The notes below the pieces were generated by a model. That model saw only the letters and a program-made list of their open reading frames with translations. It was not told the DNA's origin and ran no database searches. The translations under genes and the position numbers were made by a program. From Atribacterota bacterium (GTDB lineage: Bacteria; Atribacterota; Phoenicimicrobiia; Phoenicimicrobiales; Phoenicimicrobiaceae), in NCBI GenBank assembly GCA_035648055.1, contig DASRMF010000060.1, positions 1,195 to 65,194 of the forward strand: DNA of 64,000 nucleotides. Direction: 5' to 3'. Positions 10,686 through 21,420 of the stretch are shown one piece after another. How positions within the stretch are numbered: position 1 is the first letter of the stretch; each line of letters begins with the position of its first letter.

Positions 10686-12680
10686 CTAACTAGTTTGAAC
10701 CTTTATATATTTAGTGATGACCTTAAAAGGTTTAAAGGGAGTTCCTCCACCTTCGTAAAACTTAGTAAAATATTCTACGTACTGTAAACGAGTGGAATGG
10801 ATAAATGCCCCCATGCCATTTATTACCAGATTAAATAGATGCCCTAAAATAAAGACCAAAACCGCTAAGATAATTCCAACAATTGGAATATCCTTAAATA
10901 ACATTACAAAATTATTTACTACCACTGCCAATACTGCAGTTGATAATCCCAAAGCAAATAGTCGCGAATAAGAAAGAATATCACTAAAATAACCTATAAG
11001 GTTATATAAACTTACTACTCCACCAGCAACTTTTAGTATGATGTTTTTATTTGACCTTCCCTGTGTAAGGACTAAAAATAACAATCCCGCCCACATTATA
11101 TATTTCGCCATAATTTTAAATCCTGCCAAAGAACCAATCGTACTTGCTATTACAAATAAAAGTATTCCGGAAATTAACAACAACCATGAGCCCTGGTCCA
11201 TCAATCCTGTTTTAATCTTATTTTCTTTAACGTTTGCAATAAATTTAATAATAAACCCGGCGTAAATTTGGATTACTCCCAAAGATAGAGATATCAATAA
11301 TAGAGGCATGGGATTTTTTATAGGATCGAGTAAGGATATTTTATCAATTAAAAAAGTTTTTATAAATAAAAGATTTTCTGGAAGATAATTAAGTGTATCA
11401 CCCATCCAACTACCCATAAGAGCCCCTATTACAAAAGTGGATATACCCCCTAAGAAAAATAATCCAAAAAATTTCTTTGCCATTCCTTCAAATTTGAATT
11501 TTTTCAAAGCCAGGTAAGACAAAGCAGCAATGATTAGACCATAACCGGCATCAGACAAACACATCCCAAAGAAAATAAAATAAAAGGGAGTAAATAAAGG
11601 AGTGGGGTCAAATTCCGTATATTTGGGGATTCCATACAGTTCGGTTACTGATTCAAAAGGTTCTACAAACTTATTATTTTTTAAAGCTACCGGTATATCA
11701 TCAGTTTCTTTAGGGTCACTAAAGACGATCTCCAATTCTTTAAATTTTTTGTATAATGTATTTTTTAATTTATTTATGTCTTTCTCTAAAATCCATCCCT
11801 CGATAATTATTACTTTTTGAGTCTGTTTGATATATTTTACTATATCTTTTTTGCTTTTTAAGATGGATAGATAATCAAAAGCGGCGTATAACCATAAATT
11901 TTCTCTATTCAGCTTTTTACTTGCATCAAAGATTATTTTTCTTTTTTCTTCAATACTTTTTAATTCTTCGGATATATCGCCTAAGATATCATTTGGAGTT
12001 CCACTGAATTCCAAGGGCGCTTTAAAATAGTCAATACTATATTTACTCAATATTTTTTTAATAGAAGAATGGTATTCAGATATTGAAAGAATTACTACCT
12101 TACTTTGTTTTTTGTCTTCACTAATTTTTTTTACTTCTATTTCTTTGCCTATTTTTTTTATTTCTTCCAGGCAAGAAATAAAATCTTTTGAAGAGAAAGT
12201 TCCGGTAATAGTTCTAGTATTTTTTGTTTCTTCTAAATCTTCTATTTTTACGTCTAATTCTCTCCATTCTTCCAACTGTTCTTGAGTATTTTTCAGAAGA
12301 TTCTCTCTAGTTTTTAGTTTTTTAAGGTCTCCATCTGATTCTACGCACTTTTCATAGATTTTTTTATAGTCATGTTGTAAAAATAAAGAAGACAATTTTT
12401 TATAATCATAAACGTTGTCCAAAGTTGATACAGACTTATCTGATTTTTTGGATTTGCTTTGAAAATTTGACAGGTAATCTACGCAATATTTCACTTCTGC
12501 CAATGCAGAATCGCTTTCGGTAATATTTATTTCGTTAAAGCCTAACAAACTGGATATCTTTAATTTAGATGTAATATCTATTATCTGGATACAGCCTGCT
12601 TTTTGGAGTTCCTCAATAATATTGTCTTTTAACTCAAGATGAGTAAAAATATTTACCTTTTTTACTTTGCAAACAGCCAT
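10686..12680 (-). CDS. atpI: V-type ATP synthase subunit I (a)
   Basis: 664 aa. Soluble N-terminal domain followed by a polytopic C-terminal membrane domain. Confidence 0.88.
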   Translation of the reverse strand: MAVCKVKKVNIFTHLELKDNIIEELQKAGCIQIIDITSKLKISSLLGFNEINITESDSALAEVKYCVDYLSNFQSKSKKSDKSVSTLDNVYDYKKLSSLFLQHDYKKIYEKCVESDGDLKKLKTRENLLKNTQEQLEEWRELDVKIEDLEETKNTRTITGTFSSKDFISCLEEIKKIGKEIEVKKISEDKKQSKVVILSISEYHSSIKKILSKYSIDYFKAPLEFSGTPNDILGDISEELKSIEEKRKIIFDASKKLNRENLWLYAAFDYLSILKSKKDIVKYIKQTQKVIIIEGWILEKDINKLKNTLYKKFKELEIVFSDPKETDDIPVALKNNKFVEPFESVTELYGIPKYTEFDPTPLFTPFYFIFFGMCLSDAGYGLIIAALSYLALKKFKFEGMAKKFFGLFFLGGISTFVIGALMGSWMGDTLNYLPENLLFIKTFLIDKISLLDPIKNPMPLLLISLSLGVIQIYAGFIIKFIANVKENKIKTGLMDQGSWLLLISGILLFVIASTIGSLAGFKIMAKYIMWAGLLFLVLTQGRSNKNIILKVAGGVVSLYNLIGYFSDILSYSRLFALGLSTAVLAVVVNNFVMLFKDIPIVGIILAVLVFILGHLFNLVINGMGAFIHSTRLQYVEYFTKFYEGGGTPFKPFKVITKYIKVQTS

Positions 12681-13006
12681 TATTTTCCTTCCATCACTTT
12701 TTTAATTACTATTTTTGCAGCTTCATCGATATTTTTTAAAGATTTTCTACCTAATTCTTCTTTTTCTCTTTCGCAACTTTTTCTAATATTATCTGCTTCT
12801 ATTCTGGCCGATTCTTCCTCTCTTTCAATTATTACTTTTCCTTCTTTTTTAGTTTCTTCTTTGATTCTTTCTATTAACTTATCTGCTTCTTCGTGAGCAT
12901 CATTAATGATTTTTTCAGCTTTATCATCGGCTTCTTTAATAATTTTATCTGCAGCAGTCTCAGTTTTTTTAACTTCTTCGATGATTTTATTTAACAAATA
13001 ATTCAC
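12680..13006 (-). CDS. atpH: V-type ATP synthase subunit H/G-like peripheral stalk protein
   Basis: 108 aa highly charged coiled coil, first gene of the atpHIKECFABD cluster. 1 nt overlap with atpI. Confidence 0.65.
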   Translation of the reverse strand: MNYLLNKIIEEVKKTETAADKIIKEADDKAEKIINDAHEEADKLIERIKEETKKEGKVIIEREEESARIEADNIRKSCEREKEELGRKSLKNIDEAAKIVIKKVMEGK

Positions 13007-13099
13007 CCCTCAATAAATATAAAATAATTTAAAAAACTTTTATAAAATAACATAGAATAATTTATAAATATGTTGTCCATAAATTTACATATAACAAGG

Positions 13100-13128
13100 A
13101 TTATAACATATCAGATAATTGTTTTCAA
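13100..13128 (-). promoter_or_regulatory. Near-consensus sigma-70 promoter for the V-ATPase operon (-35 TTGAAA, 17 bp spacer, -10 TATAAT)
   Basis: Reverse complement of 13100-13128 is TTGAAAacaattatctgatatgtTATAAT, lying ~95 nt upstream of the atpH start. Confidence 0.5.
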
Positions 13129-13132
13129 TTTT

Positions 13133-14185
13133 TTACTCATTTTTAATTTCTTCTAATAATCTTCTTATTATTATTTTATCACTATCTTTAGCAATTATCT
13201 TACCTTTTTTAAACAGTACTCCCTTTTCTTTATCGAAGGCAACACCTATATCAGCTTCTCTTGCTTCACCCGGTCCATTTACCATACATCCCATAACTGC
13301 AATAGTTAATGATTTATCGATATGACAAATTTGTTTTTCTACTTTTGCTACAATTTTATCTAGATCTACCTTACATCTCCCACAGGTTGGGCAGGAAATT
13401 AGATTTGGACCCTTTTGCCTAAGATGCAAGGCTTTTAATATCTCGTACCCCACTTTTATCTCTTTTACGGGATCTCCGGTCAATGATACTCTAATGGTGT
13501 CACCGATTCCTTGAAATAATAAAGAGCCGATTCCCACAGATGATTTAATAATGCCTGAAAAAGGCGGACCTGCTTCAGTAATCCCCAAATGTAAAGGATA
13601 ATCATATTTTGAGGAAAATAAACTATTCGCTTCTATGGTGTTAATCACATCCGTAGATTTAATGGAGAATTTTACGTTATGATAGTTGACTTCTTCTAAT
13701 ATTTTGATAATATTCTCAGCACTTTCTATTAGAGCTTCAGGAGTTATTTTTTTATATTTTTTCAATATATTTTTATCTAACGAGCCGGAGTTTATACCAA
13801 ACCTAATGGGCAAACTTCTTTCTTTTGCTGATTTTATAATTAGTTTAAGCTTTTCTACATTTTTTATATTTCCAGGATTTATTCTTAGTCCATCTACTCC
13901 AAGCTCAATAGATTTTAAGGCTAATTTATAATCATAGTGAATATCGGCAACCAGGGGTATATTAATTTCTTTTTTTATCAGAGGCAGTGAGTAACATGAT
14001 TCTAAATCCGGAACAGCTACTCTAACAAGTTCACAACCTTCTTTTTCCATTTTTTCTATTTGGGATACTGTATCTGAGATATTTTTCGTGTCAGTATTCG
14101 TCATTGATTGAACTGAGATTTGAGCATTTCCTCCAATCTCCAGGTTACCTATCTTCACGCTTTTAGTTTTTCTTCTTGTATGCAT
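13133..14185 (-). CDS. ispG: 4-hydroxy-3-methylbut-2-en-1-yl diphosphate synthase (flavodoxin)
   Basis: 350 aa with GcpE family conservation, including the C-terminal Cys cluster (CPTCGRC ... GCMVNGPGE). Confidence 0.9.
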   Translation of the reverse strand: MHTRRKTKSVKIGNLEIGGNAQISVQSMTNTDTKNISDTVSQIEKMEKEGCELVRVAVPDLESCYSLPLIKKEINIPLVADIHYDYKLALKSIELGVDGLRINPGNIKNVEKLKLIIKSAKERSLPIRFGINSGSLDKNILKKYKKITPEALIESAENIIKILEEVNYHNVKFSIKSTDVINTIEANSLFSSKYDYPLHLGITEAGPPFSGIIKSSVGIGSLLFQGIGDTIRVSLTGDPVKEIKVGYEILKALHLRQKGPNLISCPTCGRCKVDLDKIVAKVEKQICHIDKSLTIAVMGCMVNGPGEAREADIGVAFDKEKGVLFKKGKIIAKDSDKIIIRRLLEEIKNE

Positions 14186-14206
14186 TGCTTACAATTACCT
14201 TCTTTT

Positions 14207-15256
14207 TCACTTGGCAAACAGCCTTAAAATATCCTTATAAGTGGCAATTACAAAAATAATTATCATAAGAGATATTCCGATTAAATACATAAAGTTTAAT
14301 TTTTTAGCTTCTAAAGGTTTGCCCTTTAATTTTTCAATAATTAAAATTATTATTTGACCGCCATCTAAAATGGGTATAGGAAGAAGATTAAATATTCCTA
14401 TAAATATACTTAAAATTGCGGTAAAATATAGCAAGTTTACGAAACCTAATTTTGCTGCTTCTCCGGTCATTTGTGCTATACCCAAAGGTCCTGCTATTTC
14501 AAGAGGAACTTTTCCAGTAATCATTTCTATTATATTGGTAAATATTAGTTTTATAATATTGCCAGTTGCAATTAAGCCCTTGGAAAATGCTGAAAATATA
14601 TTAATCTTTTCAACATATACTTCAAAGGTAATTCCGATTAGCCTTTTTTTATAATCATCGTCGTATTTCGGAATTACAAAAACATCAATAATTTCCCCTT
14701 CCCTATCCAGGGTTATCTGTAATTCTTCTCCTGAACTTTTATTTATAGTATCTGCAATTTTATTAGGGTCTTCCATATTTATTGAGTTGATTGCGATAAT
14801 CTTATCTCCGGAAAGTATGCCCGCTTGTTCGGCAGGGCCATTTTCATTAACTGTCGATACATAATTGGTAACCACCGGAATCCCATTTACAAAAAATATA
14901 AGACTAAATATAACCACTGCAGTTGCAATATTCATAAAAGGTCCTAAGGCCACTATCAAAGCTCTAATCCCCAATGTTTTCTTGTCAAATCTTTGTTCTT
15001 CGGGTACTTCTTCTTCTGATGTTTCTTTAACATCTTTCTGCCCCATTTCCCCAGCCATTTTTACATAACCACCGAGAGGAATTAAGCAGATTAGGTATTC
15101 TGTTTGGTTTTTTGTAAACCCTAATATTCTTGGCCCGAAACCAAAGGAAAATTTATATACTCTTACTCCGGACGCTTTTGCGGCAATAAAATGACCCAAT
15201 TCATGAAAAAATATTAATATACTAAAAACGAATATAAAGGAAATTATAGTTATCAT
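14207..15256 (-). CDS. rseP: RIP metalloprotease RseP (site-2 protease, M50)
   Basis: 349 aa. HELGH zinc motif, PDZ domain and C-terminal LLPIPILDGG motif. Confidence 0.88.
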   Translation of the reverse strand: MITIISFIFVFSILIFFHELGHFIAAKASGVRVYKFSFGFGPRILGFTKNQTEYLICLIPLGGYVKMAGEMGQKDVKETSEEEVPEEQRFDKKTLGIRALIVALGPFMNIATAVVIFSLIFFVNGIPVVTNYVSTVNENGPAEQAGILSGDKIIAINSINMEDPNKIADTINKSSGEELQITLDREGEIIDVFVIPKYDDDYKKRLIGITFEVYVEKINIFSAFSKGLIATGNIIKLIFTNIIEMITGKVPLEIAGPLGIAQMTGEAAKLGFVNLLYFTAILSIFIGIFNLLPIPILDGGQIIILIIEKLKGKPLEAKKLNFMYLIGISLMIIIFVIATYKDILRLFAK

Positions 15257-15407
15257 TTTTACTCCAAATTAAATTAGTCGTTAACGTATCGTATTGCGTT
15301 AGGAAAATCAGGATTCAGTTATTGTTTATCAGTTTGTTAAGGTTTCTGAATTCTTAATCAAGTAACCAACTAACTAGCTAACTTTTTCTATGATTTAAGA
15401 AATATAT

Positions 15408-15438
15408 CTCATTACTTGTTACTTATTACTTATTACTG
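15408..15438. repeat. Partial copy (right arm, TTACTTATTAC heptamers) of the TAAGTAA/TTACTTA repeat family, overlapping the dxr stop codon
   Basis: ctcattacttgttacttattacttattactg matches the right arms at 32190-32214 and 57770-57810. Confidence 0.6.
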
Positions 15439-16601
15439 GGCTTTATATTTTTACAAAAATTTAAAGCCCTTTCCCTGGCCCAGTAATCAGCATCTAAAAT
15501 ATCGTTAATATTGGGATTATATTTTGCTTTATGTTCTTTCATTGTGTCTTGAATAATTTGAGGAATTGCTAAAAAACCTATTTGATTATTTAAAAAAGTA
15601 TCAACTGCAATTTCGTTTGCGCCATTTAATACTGCTGGCATTGTTCCCCCAATCTCTAATGCCTGGTAAGCAAGTTTAATACAGGGGAATTTATTAAAAT
15701 TGGGTTTCTTAAAAGTTAATTGTCCTATTTTGGTTAATTCTAAGCGTGGAAAGTTATTAATAGTTCTAGTAGGATAAAATAAAGCGTACTGGATGGGAAT
15801 TTTCATATCGTGCTCACCTATTTGAGCTAAAATAGTACCATCTGTAAATTGAACCATTGAATGCACATAACTTTGGGGGTGAATTACTATTTCTATCTTA
15901 TTAGCCGGTATATTAAAAAACCACCTTGCTTCAATTACTTCTAATCCTTTATTCATCAAGGTTGCCGAATCAATGGTAACTTTTTTCCCCATTTTCCAGG
16001 TGGGATGATTCAGCGCGTCCTCCGCTGTTACATTTTTTAGAGCGGCTTCGGTAAAATTATAAAGCGCGCCCCCGGATGCCGTCAGTATAATTTTCTCAAC
16101 ACAATCTTTTTTTTCATTCTTTAGACATTGTAAAATTGCGCTATGTTCACTATCTATTGGTATAATTTTTGCATTTTTAGATATTGCTTCCCTCACTAAT
16201 AATTCGCCACCTACTACCATTGCTTCTTTGCTGGACAAAGCAATTCTTTTCCCTTTTTTTACTGCCTCAAAAGTAGGTATAAGAGATGCTATCCCGGTGA
16301 TAGCAACTACAATAATATCAGCTTCTTCTAATGTTGCTATATTTATTAATCCGTTAGTCCCCCATAATATTTTAATATTATTTTGTTTGTTTAAATTTTT
16401 TTTCAAATTCATGGCAGCTATTTCATTTTTAACTACTGCTATTTTAGGTTTATAAAAACTTATCTGCTCCTTAAGCAATTTTGTATTTTCCCAGCCGCTT
16501 AGACCCACTACTTCAAATTCATTTGAATGTTGTTTTAGAACTTCCAGAGTTTGCTGCCCTACTGAACCCGTTGAACCTAATATTACTATTTTTTTTCTCA
16601 T
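15426..16601 (-). CDS. dxr: 1-deoxy-D-xylulose 5-phosphate reductoisomerase
   Basis: 391 aa. N-terminal NADPH-binding motif ILGSTGSVG. Confidence 0.92.
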   Translation of the reverse strand: MRKKIVILGSTGSVGQQTLEVLKQHSNEFEVVGLSGWENTKLLKEQISFYKPKIAVVKNEIAAMNLKKNLNKQNNIKILWGTNGLINIATLEEADIIVVAITGIASLIPTFEAVKKGKRIALSSKEAMVVGGELLVREAISKNAKIIPIDSEHSAILQCLKNEKKDCVEKIILTASGGALYNFTEAALKNVTAEDALNHPTWKMGKKVTIDSATLMNKGLEVIEARWFFNIPANKIEIVIHPQSYVHSMVQFTDGTILAQIGEHDMKIPIQYALFYPTRTINNFPRLELTKIGQLTFKKPNFNKFPCIKLAYQALEIGGTMPAVLNGANEIAVDTFLNNQIGFLAIPQIIQDTMKEHKAKYNPNINDILDADYWARERALNFCKNIKPSNK

Positions 16602-16628
16602 AATTAAATCCTTTGTTTTTAAAGATAT

Positions 16629-17453
16629 TTATTGGTATAAAGTTAAAAAAACTATATAATAATAGAATACGGGAGCTGTAAATATTAGACTATCAAGACA
16701 GTCTAATATTCCCCCCTGACCAGGGATTAAAGTCCCTGAATCTTTAACTCCCGAACCTCTTTTTAGTACTGATTCAAATAGATCGCCAATTTGTGCTATT
16801 ATTGCTATAATTAAACCGATGGAAATTAATTCATTAAATGTTAAATTTAACCAATTTTTCAAGGCAAATGTAGCAGCAATACTAAATATAATCCCCCCGA
16901 TTGATCCTTCAATAGTCTTTTTGGGACTTATTTTGGGGAATATTTTATTTTTGCCAAAATAAGTACCAATAAGATAAGCTCCGATATCATTGACCCAGGT
17001 AACAATTAACAGGGAAATAAGATAATAATTTCCATTGGGCAGGTCTTTTATTTTTATCACAAAGGAGAACAAATATCCTAAATAAATGCTTCCAAAAATT
17101 GCAATGGATATCTCTGCTAATACCTTGGAAAAATCTTTTCTAAATAATTGTAAAATAAAAGATAGTATAATAAAAAAAGTAATAATTATATTTTCAATAT
17201 AGCAATTCAAGCTATAAACATCATATACTGCTATAAAGATGAAGTATAAAATTAGTATGGTGCCTAATATGTATGATGGTTTATATCCTTGTTTATCAGC
17301 TATACTATATAATTCCCTCAACCCCAACAAAGCTATTATTATAACAACGATAAAAAAAGGAAATCCTTCCCAAAATATTGTTAAAAAAGCTAAAAAAACC
17401 CCTATAATAGTTGTTGTAGTTCTCTTTATAAGATTATTATATTTTTCCTCCAT
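16629..17453 (-). CDS. cdsA: Phosphatidate cytidylyltransferase
   Basis: 274 aa polytopic membrane protein. CTP-transferase signature KRGSGVKDSGTLIPGQGGILDCLDS. Confidence 0.88.
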   Translation of the reverse strand: MEEKYNNLIKRTTTTIIGVFLAFLTIFWEGFPFFIVVIIIALLGLRELYSIADKQGYKPSYILGTILILYFIFIAVYDVYSLNCYIENIIITFFIILSFILQLFRKDFSKVLAEISIAIFGSIYLGYLFSFVIKIKDLPNGNYYLISLLIVTWVNDIGAYLIGTYFGKNKIFPKISPKKTIEGSIGGIIFSIAATFALKNWLNLTFNELISIGLIIAIIAQIGDLFESVLKRGSGVKDSGTLIPGQGGILDCLDSLIFTAPVFYYYIVFLTLYQ

Positions 17454-18189
17454 ATTTTCTCACTCTTTTTTGGAAATTTCTTATTGCTTCTACTAAATTA
17501 TTTTCGTCGAAGTCAGGCCAAAAAACAGGAGTTACCCAAAGTTCCGTGTAAGCAATCTGCCAGAGCATAAAATTACTAATTCTCATTTCGCCCGCTGTTC
17601 TAATTAGTAGATCGGGATCAGGAAGATCGTAGGTATACAAATTATCTCTAATAATATTTTCATTAATTTCTTCAATGCTTAATTTTTTTTTGTCTATTTT
17701 TAGTAATATAGATTTTATTGCATCAACAATTTCAGTTCTTCCACTATAGTTAATAGCAATATTTAAAATAAGTTTATTATTCCTTTTGGTAGATTCATGC
17801 AATTCTTTCATTTTTTCAGTAAGCGAGTTAGGCAGGTTATCTAACCTTCCTATAAAATTTATCTTTATATTGTTTTTAACTAAGTTTGCTTTTTCTCTAC
17901 TCAAAACTCTTTCGAATAATTTTATTAGATAGGTTATTTCGTTCTTCGGACGTTTCCAATTTTCTGTAGAAAACGCAAAAATGGTTAATATAGGAATGTT
18001 AAAATCCAAGCAGTTAGTTATTAGTTTTCTAACTGTTTTTGCCCCTTCTCTATGCCCTGCACTTCGCGGTAATCCCCTTCTCTCTGCCCATCGCCCATTT
18101 CCATCCATTATTATTGCAAGGTGTTGAGGTAATTTATCTTTATCAAATAATTCATTTTTATTAATCTTAATATTTTTAATAATCATCAC
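17437..18189 (-). CDS. uppS: Undecaprenyl diphosphate synthase
   Basis: 250 aa. Motif HLAIIMDGNGRWA. Confidence 0.92.
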   Translation of the reverse strand: MMIIKNIKINKNELFDKDKLPQHLAIIMDGNGRWAERRGLPRSAGHREGAKTVRKLITNCLDFNIPILTIFAFSTENWKRPKNEITYLIKLFERVLSREKANLVKNNIKINFIGRLDNLPNSLTEKMKELHESTKRNNKLILNIAINYSGRTEIVDAIKSILLKIDKKKLSIEEINENIIRDNLYTYDLPDPDLLIRTAGEMRISNFMLWQIAYTELWVTPVFWPDFDENNLVEAIRNFQKRVRKYGGKI

Positions 18190-18271
18190 CTATAAAAAAA
18201 CCCCCTTAAAAATTATATTAATACAAAATAGTTTAATATAGATTAAAATGAGAAGGGGGTTTTATTATTTA

Positions 18272-18442
<171 letters not shown>

Positions 18443-18481
18443 TTATAATCTCCTTCATTTTTATTTATTTTAAAACAATTT

Positions 18482-19039
18482 CTATACTTCCATAATTTCT
18501 TTTTCTTTAAGTTCCAATAACTTATCAATATTTTCTACATACTCATCCGTTAGCTCTTGAATTTTATTTTGATACTTTTTACATTCGTCTTCTGAAGTAT
18601 TACCTTCTTTCTCATCTTTTTTTATTAAATCATTTGTTTCTCTTCTTATGTTTCTTATGCCCACTTTCCCATTTTCGGCTTCTTTCTTTACCAGTTTTAC
18701 CAACTCTTTTCGTCTTTCCTCGTTTAGTGGTGGCACTGTAAGTCGAATAACATTACCGTCGATCGATGGGGCTAATCCTAAATCAGATTTCCATATAGCT
18801 TTTTCAATTTCAGAAATACTATTTTTATCCCAGGGCTGAATAACTATTAAATTCGCTTCTGGAATAGATATATTTGCTATTTGTTTAAGGGGAGTTAATG
18901 TATCGTAATAGGATATTTTTATCCGGTCTACTAAGTTTGAAGAAGCCCTTCCTGTTCTTATGTGAGCAAATTCATCTCTTAACGCTGTAACTGTTTTTTC
19001 CATTTTAACTCTTGTTTCATTTAACAAATCAGGCAGCAT
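18482..19039 (-). CDS. frr: Ribosome recycling factor
   Basis: 185 aa, RRF family. Confidence 0.92.
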   Translation of the reverse strand: MLPDLLNETRVKMEKTVTALRDEFAHIRTGRASSNLVDRIKISYYDTLTPLKQIANISIPEANLIVIQPWDKNSISEIEKAIWKSDLGLAPSIDGNVIRLTVPPLNEERRKELVKLVKKEAENGKVGIRNIRRETNDLIKKDEKEGNTSEDECKKYQNKIQELTDEYVENIDKLLELKEKEIMEV

Positions 19040-19041
19040 AT

Positions 19042-19761
19042 TTATTCTCCCTTCACTATTGTTCCGATTTTTTCACCAAATACAACTCTTCTAATATTTC
19101 CAACTGTATTAAGATTAAAAACGATTACCGGAATATTATTTTCCATGCATAATGAAATAGAGGTTGCGTCCATAACTTTTAAACCTTTATTTAAAAATTC
19201 GAGAAATCCTAAACTGTTAAATTTTACTGCTTTTGAATTTTTAAATGGGTCAGATTCATATATGCCGTCAACTTTTGTAGCTTTAAGAATTGCTTCTGTA
19301 TTTAGCTCTATTGCTCTTAGGGCAGCAGCAGTATCTGTAGTAAAGTAGGGATTCCCTGTTCCAGCCGCTAAAATTACTATTCTGTTTTTTTCTAAATTTC
19401 TAATAGCCTTTCTTCTGATATATGGTTCAGCAATTGCTTTCATCTCAATAGCAGTCTGTACTCTTGTTTCAACATTTAATTTTTCTAAAGAATCTTGAAG
19501 AGCTAAAGCGTTTATTACAGTTGCCAACATGCCCATGTAATCAGCCGAAACCCGATCTATACCTTTTTCGCTTCCCTCTTGACCTCTAAAGATATTACCT
19601 CCTCCAATCACTATCGCTATTTGTACTCCGGTTTCTTTTATCTCGGCAACTTCTTTAGCTATAAAATTAATCTTTTGGGTGTCAATGCCATAACCTTTTT
19701 CTCCACATAACGATTCACCACCAAGTTTTAGGAGAATTCTCTTATATACAGGCTTTTTCAT
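19042..19761 (-). CDS. pyrH: UMP kinase
   Basis: 239 aa with amino-acid kinase fold motifs. Confidence 0.92.
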   Translation of the reverse strand: MKKPVYKRILLKLGGESLCGEKGYGIDTQKINFIAKEVAEIKETGVQIAIVIGGGNIFRGQEGSEKGIDRVSADYMGMLATVINALALQDSLEKLNVETRVQTAIEMKAIAEPYIRRKAIRNLEKNRIVILAAGTGNPYFTTDTAAALRAIELNTEAILKATKVDGIYESDPFKNSKAVKFNSLGFLEFLNKGLKVMDATSISLCMENNIPVIVFNLNTVGNIRRVVFGEKIGTIVKGE

Positions 19762-19787
19762 ATTTTTATCCTTCGGTATATTAACTA

Positions 19788-19817
19788 GCGTATAGCGTAC
19801 AGCGTTTAGCGTATAGA
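19788..19817. repeat. Tandem 7/8-mer repeats AGCGTAT-AGCGTAC-AGCGTTT-AGCGTAT (CGATACG family)
   Basis: Read from the sequence between pyrH and tsf. Confidence 0.75.
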
Positions 19818-19832
19818 TTTGGTTAACTAGTT

Positions 19833-20432
19833 TTAGATTTCTTCGCCAAGTTGAAATCTGGCAAATCTTTTAATTACAATATTCTCACCCAATTTAGCAA
19901 TTAGCTCTAATAACAACTGATTAATATTTTTGCTATTGTCCCTAATAAACACTTGTTCCTTTAAACAATTTTCCTTGAAATATTTTTCCAATTTACCTTC
20001 CACAATTTTTTCAATAATCGGGGCGGGTTTTTCCGATTTCTCAACTTGCGCATAAAATATTTCTTTTTCCTTTTCAATTATATCGTTAGCAACATCTTCT
20101 CTGGTAATAAATTTAGGGTTTGAAGCCGCGATTTGCATGGCTAAATCTTTTACAAAACCTTTAAATTCTTCAGTATTAGCTACAAAATCTGTTTCACAAT
20201 TTACTTCGACTAAAACTCCGATTTTGCCATAGAGATGAATGTAAGATCCTACTATTCCGTTTAATGCTTTCCTGTTAAGTTTAGATGAAGCTGTCTCCAT
20301 CCCCTTTTTACGTAAATACTCAATTGCTTTTTTTATGTCTCCATCGGTTGCTTTTAAAGCTTTCTTGCAGTCCATCATTCCGGCACTTGTCTTTGTTCGT
20401 AATTCTTTAACCATCTGGGCACTAATGTTCAT
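19833..20432 (-). CDS. tsf: Elongation factor Ts
   Basis: 199 aa, EF-Ts family. Confidence 0.92.
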   Translation of the reverse strand: MNISAQMVKELRTKTSAGMMDCKKALKATDGDIKKAIEYLRKKGMETASSKLNRKALNGIVGSYIHLYGKIGVLVEVNCETDFVANTEEFKGFVKDLAMQIAASNPKFITREDVANDIIEKEKEIFYAQVEKSEKPAPIIEKIVEGKLEKYFKENCLKEQVFIRDNSKNINQLLLELIAKLGENIVIKRFARFQLGEEI

Positions 20433-20471
20433 TCATATCTCCTTGCTTCATTTAAATTGATATTTTGTGTT

Positions 20472-21185
20472 CTAACTAACCATTTTAACTACTTTTTCAA
20501 TAGTTGATTTCTTTCCTTCAATAACTGCATCAGCCATAACTGAAGAAATTAATTTTACTGCTCTTATTGCATCATCATTACCTGGAATTACGTAATCAAT
20601 TTCATCCGGGTTACAATTTGTATCTACAATTGCCACTGTTGGAATAGAAAGTTTAACGGCTTCGGCAACTGCAATTTTTTCTTTTTTAGGATCAACTATA
20701 AATATTGCAGCTGGAAGTTCTTCCATATTTTTAATTCCGGTTAGCACTCTTTCAAGTTTCTTTTTTTCTCTCTTTAAGATTATTACTTCTTTTTTAGGAA
20801 GAACTTCAAACATTTTATTTTCTTCCATTTTTTCTAATTCAAAAAGTCTTTTCACCCTTTTTCTAATAGTACTGAAATTAGTTAATGTTCCGCCCAACCA
20901 TCTATAATTTATATAAAACATACCACATCTCTCGGCCTCATTTTTTATCGATTCTTGGGCTTGCTTTTTAGTTCCTACAAAAAGTACATTACCACCATTA
21001 CTAGATATTTCTCTTACAAAATCATAAGCCACCTGGACTAACTTTACAGTCTGTTGAAGGTCTATAATATATATATTATTTCTATCTGTGAAAATATAAG
21101 ACTTCATTTTGGGGTCCCATCGCCGCATCTGGTGACCGAAATGTACCCCCGCTTCTAGTAATTGTTTCATTGAAATTACACTCAT
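20472..21185 (-). CDS. rpsB: 30S ribosomal protein S2
   Basis: 237 aa, S2 family. Confidence 0.93.
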   Translation of the reverse strand: MSVISMKQLLEAGVHFGHQMRRWDPKMKSYIFTDRNNIYIIDLQQTVKLVQVAYDFVREISSNGGNVLFVGTKKQAQESIKNEAERCGMFYINYRWLGGTLTNFSTIRKRVKRLFELEKMEENKMFEVLPKKEVIILKREKKKLERVLTGIKNMEELPAAIFIVDPKKEKIAVAEAVKLSIPTVAIVDTNCNPDEIDYVIPGNDDAIRAVKLISSVMADAVIEGKKSTIEKVVKMVS

Positions 21186-21299
21186 CTATTGTCCTCCATT
21201 TTAAATTTTAATATTTACATTTTTTTATTTTTTCTAATGATTTTAGAATCGTCATAATTCGTTATAACTTATGAATAATAAGTGCATAAAATCAAAAAT

Positions 21300-21328
21300 A
21301 GTATAACACAGTTTTTTTTCTAAATCAA
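21300..21328 (-). promoter_or_regulatory. Candidate rpsB-tsf-pyrH-frr promoter (-35 TTGATT, 17 bp spacer, extended -10 TGTTATACT)
   Basis: Reverse complement is TTGATTtagaaaaaaaactgtgtTATACT, ~110 nt upstream of the rpsB start. Confidence 0.45.
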
Positions 21329-21333
21329 GAATA

Positions 21334-21363
21334 ATAAAAGAAAGTATCGGGTATATGGTATCG
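21334..21363. repeat. Tandem heptamers AGTATCG-GGTATAT-GGTATCG-AGTATCG (CGATACG family)
   Basis: Read from the sequence between hslU and rpsB. Confidence 0.75.
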
Positions 21364-21420
21364 AGTATCGAGTTAAGAAAAAAATGACTAACTTAATCAA
21401 ACAATTGGTGAATCGTTGAA